The notes: generated by a model from the sequence alone, not told the origin. 64,000 nucleotides of DNA from a virus (IMGVR_UViG_3300005253_000144:1-64000), one strand, 5' to 3'; positions 46,404 through 55,008 are shown, counted from the stretch's first letter. Numbers and translations: made by a program.

Positions 46404-46775
46404 CTAAGAAATAGGCATTTGTGTAGCACCTAAATTATAAGCCAATCCCAATTCTTTTGGTAGTTGAGTATATGTTTCCGCGGATAGCCAATCTTTGGGA
46501 TGGGTGTTTCCCTTTGAATTATTGCATTCATGACAAGCGGGGACTAAGTTTTCCAATGCTTCAACTCCGCCCAGGATTTTCGGGATGAAGTGGTCAACAG
46601 TAAAAGCGGTAGGGTTTTTCATTCGCGGTTTTCCAAAATTCAGCTTTCTCCAACAATAGATACAGTTACCCTGTGTTTTTCCTAATATGCAAGCGCGCAA
46701 ATTTATATCGATTGTTATCCAATAACCTTGTACTTTAACCCTAGGATTTTTGAAGCCGCCTAAAATACGTTTCAT
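46404..46775 (-). CDS. HNH endonuclease
   Basis: 'CIYC', 'TVDHFIP', 'NLVPACHECNNSKG'. Confidence 0.9.
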   Translation of the reverse strand: MKRILGGFKNPRVKVQGYWITIDINLRACILGKTQGNCIYCWRKLNFGKPRMKNPTAFTVDHFIPKILGGVEALENLVPACHECNNSKGNTHPKDWLSAETYTQLPKELGLAYNLGATQMPIS

Positions 46776-47530
46776 TTGCGGTTCACTAATTTTATTAATT
46801 CATATAGACAGCCGCTTGAGGGAATTTCAGGGTCAGGCGGCGGGTCTACCGGAGGCACATCTTGAACTTTTAGATAGCTATCCCAATCCCATAGGAAGTC
46901 GTTCCTATCCAATGTATGACCTGCTGTTTTATCCCAAGGGCTGAATTGATGGGCAACAACATCTTCCAGAACATAGCCTCTAGGGATACCAAAGCGTGCA
47001 AAGTTTATGCCATAATACGCCGCCCATAAAGGATGCCGGAGGATTGAGATGGGGATATTTCTTGGCAATTCATAATCCCACCACCATTTCCCGGTATAGT
47101 TCCAGATAAATTCTTCGTCCCACCACTTTCTTGCCTCTGCGAAAGCATCCACCAGCATATGCAGGCGCGCTAATTTACTAATATGTGCTATCTGCCGGGG
47201 ATGCTGTTCCACGTCTATCGCATAAATATCCTCGTCTTTGTGGTCTCCAATATGGTCGATACCAAGTTTTACTTGCTGCGCAGGACTGAGACCGCCTGAA
47301 AGATTAGCGTCAAATGTAATAAATGTTGTTGCACCGCGTAGCTCAAACATGTTTGCGGCAGTCCAATTATTTTCAAATTGTGAATCAATATGCCCCCTAT
47401 AGTCAGGCGCCATAAAATAGCCGTCTGATACTTTACACATCGCCCCCTTGACCCCGGCATCTCTAAGCCTATTCCAGGGAAGAACTCCATTATGATGCGA
47501 AACATCGATGAAATCCATTACTGGAGCCAT
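46772..47530 (-). CDS. GH25 muramidase (endolysin)
   Basis: 'IDVSHHNG', 'KVSDG', 'IDVE', 'LWAAYY', 'HQFS', 'LDRN'. Confidence 0.85.
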   Translation of the reverse strand: MAPVMDFIDVSHHNGVLPWNRLRDAGVKGAMCKVSDGYFMAPDYRGHIDSQFENNWTAANMFELRGATTFITFDANLSGGLSPAQQVKLGIDHIGDHKDEDIYAIDVEQHPRQIAHISKLARLHMLVDAFAEARKWWDEEFIWNYTGKWWWDYELPRNIPISILRHPLWAAYYGINFARFGIPRGYVLEDVVAHQFSPWDKTAGHTLDRNDFLWDWDSYLKVQDVPPVDPPPDPEIPSSGCLYELIKLVNRK

Positions 47531-47645
47531 GTCTTTTCTCCTGTTTGTCTGATGGTCTATGCTTTTCTTCTACTTTATCACAGATTTATTCCATTAGTCA
47601 ATAAGCTGAAGCGGTAAATGTTAATGTGCATTTGGATTTTTAATC

Positions 47646-47943
47646 AAAAAACCCCGCAAATAATTGGGCGGTTAGCGTCAAGCATTTACGCTATACTCCA
47701 GGGCCTACTCCGCTTAAGCATCCGTATATCTGGCGGTCTTCCTTTAGCGTAATCTCTTGATTGGTTGGCTCTGTTTGCAGAGATTTCTCAACTAGGGTGC
47801 AATTATTCACCTAGCCTTCTTCTCACTATACCCCAGAAGCGGTTTTTCTCCTTGGTTTGAGTCTAGCGCGCCTAGCTCGGTATAGCGGCATCCACATCTC
47901 AGCTTGTTTTATAGCCAATCGCCCAATTAGTTACGGGATTTTT
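47646..47943 (-). ncRNA. ~300 nt structured non-coding RNA of unknown family
   Basis: No plausible gene here; 5' and 3' ends pair over ~30 bp with G-U wobbles only on the minus strand; nested helices; ends in a U run. Confidence 0.65.
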
Positions 47944-47973
47944 CGGTTTTTAAGGTTCACTTCTTTTCTTAGG

Positions 47974-48118
47974 ATTGAATATTTTCTTAGGCCGACAGGA
48001 CTTGCACCTGTGACCTCCGTGCTTTTGGCAACGGTGCTCTATCAGCGCTACTTACTTGGCCGGGAGCGACCCATTCTTTCGGCACCTATCTGAGCTACAG
48101 CCTAAGAAAATATTCAAT
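47974..48118 (-). ncRNA. tRNA-like RNA with extended acceptor stem, D-loop insertion and non-canonical anticodon arm
   Basis: TAGCTCAG..AGAGC D-arm, AGGTC variable loop, ACAGG-TGCAAGT-CCTGT T-arm, flanked by a 19 bp perfect inverted repeat. Confidence 0.7.
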
Positions 48119-48142
48119 TATTAATTTTCTGAATTCCATGTA

Positions 48143-48171
48143 ATATTACCATTTGCGCTATAATTTGTCAA
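48143..48171 (-). promoter_or_regulatory. Near-consensus sigma70 promoter upstream of the ncRNA unit
   Basis: TTGACA-N17-TAATAT with TG extension. Confidence 0.8.
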
Positions 48172-48192
48172 GTGTTTTATATCAGATATATA

Positions 48193-49770
48193 TCAGAAAA
48201 GATTCTGCTGGATACCTAAACTCAACCAATAATCTAGCCGCGCTTTAGCAATGTCAATGTATGCCCGTAAAAATTCTACACCAACTATGCATTCCCAGCC
48301 TGCCTGGAACGCGCCTATCATTTCGCTACCAGTTCCCGCAAATGGCACGAAAATACGGCGTGGGGCATATTCATCTGGTGGGAGTAGCAGAGTTGCTAAG
48401 TGTTTGATTAGGGCAATCGTTTTTATGGTGGGGTGTACATTGCGCTTACAGGGTTCATCCTCTCCCTTGTCATTTATATGATGGGTGCTGTGTAGGTCCC
48501 CGCATTTGGCGCAGGGGATGTGATGGATTAATCCTTTCTCGCGCTCAACATTTCCGGTCTTTGCCATATATTTGAAGGCCGCTTCCTGTTCTAGCTTTTC
48601 GTATACATAATCAGCGTTGAAAAAGAATTGTGACGCGCCGCCAGAGTCGCCATAGGTATCCTGCAAAGTCGGTCTATCGCGGTCTCCTTTGTGCCAACCC
48701 CAGTTTTTAGCATTGTGTTCGGGAGTCATCAGTCCACTTTTCAAATGCCCGCTCTGCCTATCCAGTTCTCTTGCCGGACATCCTTCAACGCATTCCCAGA
48801 CCGCACTTTCACCGCCAACTTCCTCGCCTTCGTAATCTTCGCCGACCGCGTCTCCGAACGGTTTTGCGCCGTCTGTAAATCGGTTGATAATATAGCCGTC
48901 CGGGGAAGTGCCAATGCGCTTGCAGTCTGGGGAATGTTGGATTATGAAGTTGGCTGGCCAGCGGCCAGAGGAACCACCCCATTCCTTTTCTTTCTCTGTT
49001 TCCGCCCACCCATAAATGTGAGACGGCCCGCTCCCGGTCGGTCCTACTGGTTTTCCAATCCTCCCCCCATCAATATTCAACGCCCCCGCCCCCGTGCGCG
49101 TGATGTCGTCTACCGGTCTACCTTTCTCTGTGTACGGTTTCTGGAATACGATTATCGGCTCAAGTGCGGGCTTTTGAGCTTGCAGTCCGTAGCGGTGACC
49201 TTCCCAGGTTTTGGCTAGGTCGGTGGTAGCCTGTTCTCTATAATTGGTGTGTCTACCATCAAATATACTATTCTCTTGAATATCTTGTGTTTGTCTAGTA
49301 CCACCATCTCTATATCGGTCATACCATTCTGATTCTCTCTCTGCCCCCGCCGCCTTATCAATCTGCGTATCAATCCGAGTAGCTTTCGGAAATCCACTCC
49401 CATAAACCCAACCCATCATCGGGTGGATAATATAACCACTGTCCTCAATCGCAACCGCCATCCGGTGTGCTGTTCTACTGCCGCCGAATGTCATACAAAA
49501 TGCGCCGGGATATAGTAAGTCCCAAAAGGCGCGCCATGTTTCTGGTCGGAATGCCACATCGCCTCCGTCCCATTCCTGTGACATAAAACCGCGGGATACC
49601 CGCTGAAATGCACCATCGCTCCCAAACTGAGCAGGTGCCGCGCCATCTTTTCCAAAACGTTTGGTGATACTGGTTAGATGATAGGGAGGGTCCGCGAGGA
49701 GTGCGTGAAAAGGCGCACCATCATAATGTTTAGCAAAACGTATTACATCACCATTTAATATTCTATTCAC
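48193..49770 (-). CDS. DNA methyltransferase (N6-A/N4-C, beta class)
   Basis: 'ADPPY', 'WVYGSGFPK', 'HPTIK', 'PFAGTGS'. Confidence 0.9.
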   Translation of the reverse strand: MNRILNGDVIRFAKHYDGAPFHALLADPPYHLTSITKRFGKDGAAPAQFGSDGAFQRVSRGFMSQEWDGGDVAFRPETWRAFWDLLYPGAFCMTFGGSRTAHRMAVAIEDSGYIIHPMMGWVYGSGFPKATRIDTQIDKAAGAERESEWYDRYRDGGTRQTQDIQENSIFDGRHTNYREQATTDLAKTWEGHRYGLQAQKPALEPIIVFQKPYTEKGRPVDDITRTGAGALNIDGGRIGKPVGPTGSGPSHIYGWAETEKEKEWGGSSGRWPANFIIQHSPDCKRIGTSPDGYIINRFTDGAKPFGDAVGEDYEGEEVGGESAVWECVEGCPARELDRQSGHLKSGLMTPEHNAKNWGWHKGDRDRPTLQDTYGDSGGASQFFFNADYVYEKLEQEAAFKYMAKTGNVEREKGLIHHIPCAKCGDLHSTHHINDKGEDEPCKRNVHPTIKTIALIKHLATLLLPPDEYAPRRIFVPFAGTGSEMIGAFQAGWECIVGVEFLRAYIDIAKARLDYWLSLGIQQNLF

Positions 49771-50356
49771 GCTCTGCCCTTTGTAATTTTATTTCTCTGA
49801 TACGATGACATCTGGGGCATACAGTTATAAGATTTTTAATCTGGTTTGCTTTTGAATAATCATTAAATTTCCTAGAAGGAACGATATGATGTACATGTAA
49901 TGAGTGCCCTATATTTTCCAGACACTCACTTTCCGTTATTAAACAATCTTGACATGTATTATTATCTCGGTTTTTTACGGCTCTACGCTGTGCATACCAG
50001 TTTGCTCCGTGATGATTTATACCATTTCCATGAATAAACTGTGGATGATTTTTACCAATTCGGTATTCATCTCTGCATGGCCTAGAGCAATATTTTCCCG
50101 CCCCTTTATGTTGTTCAAGTTTGCTTTTGGCTATTACAAAGTTCTTTCCACAATTTAAACATTGTTTTTTGGCTAACCTAAGATGTGGTCTTGCTTTAAT
50201 TGCAGCGTACTGGCAATCTTTTGAACAATGTTTACCGCGGCCATGTTTGATACGTGAAGGATTCCTACTAAATATTTTTCCACAACATTCACATATGAAG
50301 TCCATTTTATTATTATAAGATAAATCATGGGACGAGGCAATTGAAATACATAGCAA
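49763..50356 (-). CDS. HNH endonuclease with Zn-ribbon repeats
   Basis: CECCGK..HCSKDC repeats; 'RDNNTCQDC...HVHH...NLITVCPRCH'; likely start ~50305. Confidence 0.85.
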   Translation of the reverse strand: MLCISIASSHDLSYNNKMDFICECCGKIFSRNPSRIKHGRGKHCSKDCQYAAIKARPHLRLAKKQCLNCGKNFVIAKSKLEQHKGAGKYCSRPCRDEYRIGKNHPQFIHGNGINHHGANWYAQRRAVKNRDNNTCQDCLITESECLENIGHSLHVHHIVPSRKFNDYSKANQIKNLITVCPRCHRIREIKLQRAERE

Positions 50357-50427
50357 AGGCTATAACATCCCCTGTAATTATCCTTGCATTTATGCTTTCC
50401 ATTTCTTAATTATACCAATATTGATAC

Positions 50428-50456
50428 TTGACATTTCACATCGCATCTGCTATACT
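50428..50456 (+). promoter_or_regulatory. Near-consensus sigma70 promoter, antisense to the local genes
   Basis: TTGACA-N17-TATACT with TG extension. Confidence 0.75.
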
Positions 50457-50462
50457 TTGGTT

Positions 50463-50512
50463 ATAACCCCTTGGCCTGCCCCCCTCAGGTCCGGGGGTTT
50501 ATTTTATTTTCT
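50463..50512 (+). ncRNA. Putative ~50 nt hairpin small RNA with C-rich loop
   Basis: AACCCCTTGGCCTG-CCCCCCT-CAGGTCCGGGGGTT followed by TATTTTATTTT, directly after the promoter. Confidence 0.5.
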
Positions 50513-50826
50513 GTAAATAGTCTTTCGGCATGATTACTATCCAATAGAGTAACGACCTCTTTAGTCGTGTTGCTGTAAATGGGGTAATAATCTTTATCTC
50601 CGCATCTCACCATATGCAGAGTCCGCGATTTTGTCAGCCTCACATATCGCTTGCTTTTATTCCTTCTTATCGAATGTAGAATTTCCGTTCTTAATTCATC
50701 CGTGAAGTTGATATCCAGCTTTTCTCTGGCTCTTTTTATCGTATGGCGGCGATAACCCACTTCGCGCGTATAGCGTGCCCTTTTCCTTCTTCTTCTTCGC
50801 TTTGATGACCCGCGCCTACGCGGCAT
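50485..50826 (-). CDS. Basic protein with HxxxRxxE...VVT motif (possible BECR/RelE-like RNase fold)
   Basis: 'RHTIKRAREK', 'EVVTLL'; Arg-rich N-terminus. Confidence 0.5.
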   Translation of the reverse strand: MPRRRGSSKRRRRRKRARYTREVGYRRHTIKRAREKLDINFTDELRTEILHSIRRNKSKRYVRLTKSRTLHMVRCGDKDYYPIYSNTTKEVVTLLDSNHAERLFTENKINPRT

Positions 50827-50833
50827 CTAATGT

Positions 50834-51499
50834 CTACGCGTTGCCGTAGATATTATCAACCATGCCAGCCTTGATAGCCATATCAGCATTGAACCAAGTA
50901 TTATGCTTTAATGATTTCTCAACATCCTCCCGCTTAAGAGTGCTATTATTCAGATAAAATGTGGTGATGCGTTCTATCATCATATCCAATAGCTTAACAT
51001 CGTCTTTAATTTGTGTATATGTACCCCACATAAATGCCGACAATTCGTGGATAAGCATGTAGGCCGAGGGTTGGATATATCTTTGTGAACAGGCCATCGA
51101 AATGAACGTGGCCGCACTCGCGCACATTCCCTCAACAATGGAATAGATGGGCGTCTGGATTTGTTTGATTTGGTCTGAAATCGCAAACCCATCAGTCACC
51201 GAACCGCCCCAAGAATTTATATGAAGCCAGATGGGAATGGGTGGAAAGTCAGGTGGGAGTGCTCTTGAAATGTGTTCACTACGCAAGAAATTGTCCGCTT
51301 CCCTAAGCCGCTGCAACAATGTTAATCCCCTATCCGAATTAACATCAGCATAGAAATAGACATGATTATTAATTGCTTCGACAGTAGTTGGTGCAATAAA
51401 TCGTGGTCCCTCATCTGCCGTTGGGGGAGTTGGTGATTCAAATGTTGGTTTTGGATACATAATTTCTTTCTCCTTTTGTTTGATTTTCTGCCGGTGCAA
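50834..51499 (-). CDS. clpP: ClpP-family serine protease
   Basis: 'HINSWGGSV', 'GMCASAAT', 'IHEL', 'GMVD'; likely start at MYPKP (~51460). Confidence 0.85.
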   Translation of the reverse strand: MHRQKIKQKEKEIMYPKPTFESPTPPTADEGPRFIAPTTVEAINNHVYFYADVNSDRGLTLLQRLREADNFLRSEHISRALPPDFPPIPIWLHINSWGGSVTDGFAISDQIKQIQTPIYSIVEGMCASAATFISMACSQRYIQPSAYMLIHELSAFMWGTYTQIKDDVKLLDMMIERITTFYLNNSTLKREDVEKSLKHNTWFNADMAIKAGMVDNIYGNA

Positions 51500-52277
51500 G
51501 TCCGGGCAGATGAACGCTCGCTAATAAACCTTTTGCCATTTTACAATATTTTTCTACAACTTCAATTCCAATCCCCTTGCGCCCTATATCTTGGGCTGCC
51601 CGCAATGTAGTGCCGCTCCCCATAAATGGGTCTACAACAGTATCGCCTAGATATGAGTACAATTTTATCAGACGTTTTGGCAATTCATAGGGAAATGGAG
51701 CTGGATGTTTAGATGCCGTTACAGGCGTAAAGAACCAAGTCTCTTGGGTATAGGTCAAAAACTCTTTGCGTTCCCAAGGACCTGATTCCATCCCTTCCGA
51801 ACTACGTTTCTCTCCCCATTTCTCGGCCACAATAATATATTCATGGCGCCCTCGAAGAACGGGAGCACTGGCACTTTGCCAGCTACCCCATGCGGTCGTA
51901 CCTAATGGAGTTTGTTTGTCCCAAACAATAATCCCAAGTAGCCGCATTAATCGGCGTAGCTGAATCGTGATATCGGCATGGATAGGGTAGTAAGGATTAC
52001 GGCCTTGGTCATTAATATTTATGCATAATCGACCGCCACCAATTAATATTCTCTGGCAGGCTATCCAAACAGAATCAAGCCAAGCCAAATAGTCCCAATA
52101 TTCTTTGCTGTCATTGGTTTGATGATTCTCATCGCCATATTCTTTGCCAACATTATAGGGTGGCGATGTGACAATAAGGGCTATGGAATTCATTGGAATC
52201 GCACTCAATATTTCTAAACTATCGCCATGAAATATTGTGGAATTTTCATTCTGATAAAATGGCTTAAGATATCTCAT
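51438..52277 (-). CDS. DNA methyltransferase (N4-C/N6-A, beta class)
   Basis: 'TSPPY', 'HPAPFP', 'DPFMGSGTT'. Confidence 0.9.
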   Translation of the reverse strand: MRYLKPFYQNENSTIFHGDSLEILSAIPMNSIALIVTSPPYNVGKEYGDENHQTNDSKEYWDYLAWLDSVWIACQRILIGGGRLCININDQGRNPYYPIHADITIQLRRLMRLLGIIVWDKQTPLGTTAWGSWQSASAPVLRGRHEYIIVAEKWGEKRSSEGMESGPWERKEFLTYTQETWFFTPVTASKHPAPFPYELPKRLIKLYSYLGDTVVDPFMGSGTTLRAAQDIGRKGIGIEVVEKYCKMAKGLLASVHLPGLAPAENQTKGERNYVSKTNI

Positions 52278-52634
52278 TTATTCCGCGGGGTCAACTTGAA
52301 TGTAGGGCATTAAATATGTGCCCATGTTCCGCTGCGTTTGTATGAAATCCTTCCCTATTTTGTGGCGGATGCGGGAGACAAGATTGGAAAGATTGTTCAT
52401 TCCAAGCTGCATTTCTTTCATTATCTCATCTCTTGACACGGCATCCCCAATATTGTTAGCCAGCAATAACAAAAATTTATATTCCATCATCGTAAGAAAA
52501 ATCTCCCTATCATTTAAGAATATTTTTGCACGGTGAAAATCAATCGTTAAATTTCCATTTTGTAGCATTATGTCACCACAACTTCGGGGATTTATTGTTT
52601 TGGTAATTCTGATAGAGGATATATCCGGCAGCAA
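52278..52634 (-). CDS. OmpR/PhoB-type winged-helix DNA-binding protein without receiver domain
   Basis: 'LTMMEYKFL..LA..G..VSRDEI...VSRIRHKI...IQT'. Confidence 0.8.
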   Translation of the reverse strand: MLPDISSIRITKTINPRSCGDIMLQNGNLTIDFHRAKIFLNDREIFLTMMEYKFLLLLANNIGDAVSRDEIMKEMQLGMNNLSNLVSRIRHKIGKDFIQTQRNMGTYLMPYIQVDPAE

Positions 52635-52678
52635 GAAGAATCGATATGACCACCGAAATTATATTTATGGTATTCAGT

Positions 52679-53170
52679 TTATTTTTTGTCATTGGCAGCT
52701 CTACTCTCTTCTGTAATCGAATAATCGTCGATTCCCCATTCCTTTAATTGCTCCCATGTAGTAGCTAAAACGCGCGCCGCGGCGATAGTTCTTTGTTTGG
52801 GGGAAGCATGAGCCAGCAGAAACATTTTTCTAAATATGCGCTTTTCCAACACTATTCTATCCAATTCAGATGCATATTTAGCCATCGCCTTTTCCCCCAT
52901 CTTTTCAATCATATCTTCCGCCATATATGCATGGTCAATATATCTCATAGGAAACCAGCTTTTTGCATACCAATAATCAATAGTGTCACAATAACTAAGG
53001 TCATGTTCTGTTATCCAGAAACATGGGCGCGGCAAAGACTTGATGTTTTCATTGGTTATATTTTCAATGTCCACTTCTTCCCATTTCATTAACTCTGATG
53101 CCAGAAACTTAACTATCGCTAGTTCTTCCGTTGAGGGATTTCCCTTAAGAGAAAATTTGTCTTCGCTCAA
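52679..53170 (-). CDS. Phage protein, ABA-sandwich-like paralog
   Basis: 'AIVKFLASELM', 'WFPMRYIDHAYM', 'KEWGI'. Confidence 0.6.
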   Translation of the reverse strand: MSEDKFSLKGNPSTEELAIVKFLASELMKWEEVDIENITNENIKSLPRPCFWITEHDLSYCDTIDYWYAKSWFPMRYIDHAYMAEDMIEKMGEKAMAKYASELDRIVLEKRIFRKMFLLAHASPKQRTIAAARVLATTWEQLKEWGIDDYSITEESRAANDKK

Positions 53171-53466
53171 TGCGGTCCTCCTGTAAGCGACCCATTTTTA
53201 ATATCGCTTTTGGCCTTCCTCTCCCAGCCCGCCTCCTCCAATAATTCTGGGTGTATATGTTCTAAGCTTATCAAATCCCCTTCCTTCGCAAGGATGACAA
53301 AAAAGCTTTTGTTGGAAAACCTTTCTTGTAAGTTCATTATGAGGTCAGTAATAGGCTCATAATCAACCTCTTCTCCTATTGTCATGATATAAATCGCCCC
53401 GTGATTCACGTCCACGCGCTTGATATCAATAATCGTTTTCAGTAATTTGAATAATATTTTTAACAC
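53167..53466 (-). CDS. Hypothetical protein
   Basis: Coupled ORF in operon. Confidence 0.55.
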   Translation of the reverse strand: MLKILFKLLKTIIDIKRVDVNHGAIYIMTIGEEVDYEPITDLIMNLQERFSNKSFFVILAKEGDLISLEHIHPELLEEAGWERKAKSDIKNGSLTGGPH

Positions 53467-53723
53467 CGTTCAGCCATTTCCTTTCCGCGCTGATTCAATG
53501 CAAAATAGGTGACTGTCCCCTCGGTATGCCTTTTCTTGATAAGCATTTTTTTCCAAAGTGAGTAACCTATTTTACCCCCAATCCTTGTCAAATCACAATA
53601 CCATCCTCCGGGTACTGCGCACACCAAATCTTTTCCGGCTACCATTTCAAGCAACACAAAATGCTCACGCGGGGTAATGTGCAAGGTGTTTATATCAGGA
53701 ACAGGAATGCCAATAATCATCAC
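53460..53723 (-). CDS. Hypothetical protein
   Basis: Start overlaps the stop of the upstream gene. Confidence 0.5.
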   Translation of the reverse strand: MMIIGIPVPDINTLHITPREHFVLLEMVAGKDLVCAVPGGWYCDLTRIGGKIGYSLWKKMLIKKRHTEGTVTYFALNQRGKEMAERC

Positions 53724-54001
53724 AATCCCCACTCCTTGCACTGCTCATCATCAGCAAGTGCTTTTACGGCGGCGATGCAGATGGCTTTTGCCGCCTCCCC
53801 CGCATTCCTTGTAAAAACATGTCTGCCCATTAGTTGTTTATTGAATTTGTTGAGCTTTTTATTGCTACCATTTTGAAATATCCGCTCCACCACCATCCAC
53901 GCGTGTTCTATCTTGTTCATGGGGTCGAACAGTTTAGGAAAAATAATGTAGTCTTTCCTCATCTGTTCTGCCAGGAACTTCACTATCGCGGATTCGTTCA
54001 T
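53720..54001 (-). CDS. Phage protein, ABA-sandwich-like paralog
   Basis: C-terminus identical to that of 40794..41165. Confidence 0.6.
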   Translation of the reverse strand: MNESAIVKFLAEQMRKDYIIFPKLFDPMNKIEHAWMVVERIFQNGSNKKLNKFNKQLMGRHVFTRNAGEAAKAICIAAVKALADDEQCKEWGL

Positions 54002-54222
54002 CTCAGCCGCATCTTCTTAAACAATTCTACAAAGTAATCCATATTGCGCACATAATAAGTATACGTTCGCCTATGCTTCAGCCAGTGCTTGCAGACTACC
54101 ATGTGACCATCAACAATCGCGAGAATGTACAGTTTGGCAATGTTGTTTGGGTCATCCTTGCCGAAATCTATCCTATACGTCTTGCCCACTTCTACTACCG
54201 CCTTTTCGTTCATCTCAGACAT
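53998..54222 (-). CDS. Hypothetical protein
   Basis: Coupled ORF. Confidence 0.55.
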   Translation of the reverse strand: MSEMNEKAVVEVGKTYRIDFGKDDPNNIAKLYILAIVDGHMVVCKHWLKHRRTYTYYVRNMDYFVELFKKMRLR

Positions 54223-54898
54223 TCAGCACCTTGAATTCCACGACCCATACCCAGGGATTGGATTCCCAGGGATAGCCGCGCTTGGCGTTGATAGGATTCC
54301 ATATCTCTCTAAAGGCCATACCTGGAATATCATTGGGATGAAATTCTGGAAACTTAGCATATTTATCAAGATGCCGCTGATGTATTCCTTCTGCAATAAC
54401 ATCCCCTACCGTGATTTCATGTAGTCGCTCCACGCGCACATCTGTTATTTCTAAAGTAATACGACTCGCCCAACGGGGCATGTGGATTGAGGGTGACCAA
54501 CGGTAGTTTTCTTCAAGCGTAAATGGGTCAAGATAGTTTGGTTCATCCGCGCGGAATATTATTCGGCAATCCTTCATATCTTCTGGTGGGTCCATGTCAG
54601 GCCATTCATAGAAAAATGTTTCCCGTACCCACAACCTTTCCCCAGGAACACCATAGGGACAATGATACAAAAGCCCATATGCTGCTTTTAGCTGATGTAA
54701 TGTTGAGCCTGAAAATCCGCCAGCCCCCTTCTTCCATTCCCAGGCTTCTCCAAAAGATTTAATTCCCTGAGACTTTGGCTGAGGCTTAATAACCCGCCTC
54801 GTCTGAGACTTGCGCCCATCCAGAATAGCGCGAACCATATCGCTATTGAAAATAATCGGGCGTGTTTTTATCTCAATTGCTGAATTCGGGGACATCAC
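54215..54898 (-). CDS. ASCH/PUA-like phage protein
   Basis: 'MVRAILDGRKSQTRR', 'CPYG..GERLWVRE', 'PSIHMPRWASR', 'NPWVWVVEF'. Confidence 0.85.
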   Translation of the reverse strand: MMSPNSAIEIKTRPIIFNSDMVRAILDGRKSQTRRVIKPQPKSQGIKSFGEAWEWKKGAGGFSGSTLHQLKAAYGLLYHCPYGVPGERLWVRETFFYEWPDMDPPEDMKDCRIIFRADEPNYLDPFTLEENYRWSPSIHMPRWASRITLEITDVRVERLHEITVGDVIAEGIHQRHLDKYAKFPEFHPNDIPGMAFREIWNPINAKRGYPWESNPWVWVVEFKVLNV

Positions 54899-54960
54899 CT
54901 ATCAAACATCGTCTCCAATTTTATCAATTATTATAGATGTAGATTAAAAATTCCTAATAT

Positions 54961-54989
54961 ATTATAGTCCAATAAATGACTAATTGCAA
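54961..54989 (-). promoter_or_regulatory. sigma70 promoter
   Basis: TTGCAA-N17-TATAAT. Confidence 0.65.
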
Positions 54990-55008
54990 CACCCGCTAAT
55001 GGTTTATG

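Noticed and set aside
47646-47943. RNase P, tmRNA, 6S or SRP RNA identity
   Set aside because: No GAGGAAAGUCC, tmRNA termini or SRP loop signature recognised
48035-48095. Hammerhead ribozyme in the D-loop insert (CGAAA and CUGAUAGA present)
   Set aside because: The core motifs are not flanked by stems in the required order
47974-48118. Standard decoding tRNA gene
   Set aside because: No 7 nt anticodon loop with U33, no CCA, large D-loop insertion; reported as tRNA-like instead
41106-53779. Diversity-generating retroelement TR/VR pair
   Set aside because: The copies are identical with no adenine-specific changes, are not in a receptor gene, and no reverse transcriptase is in the window
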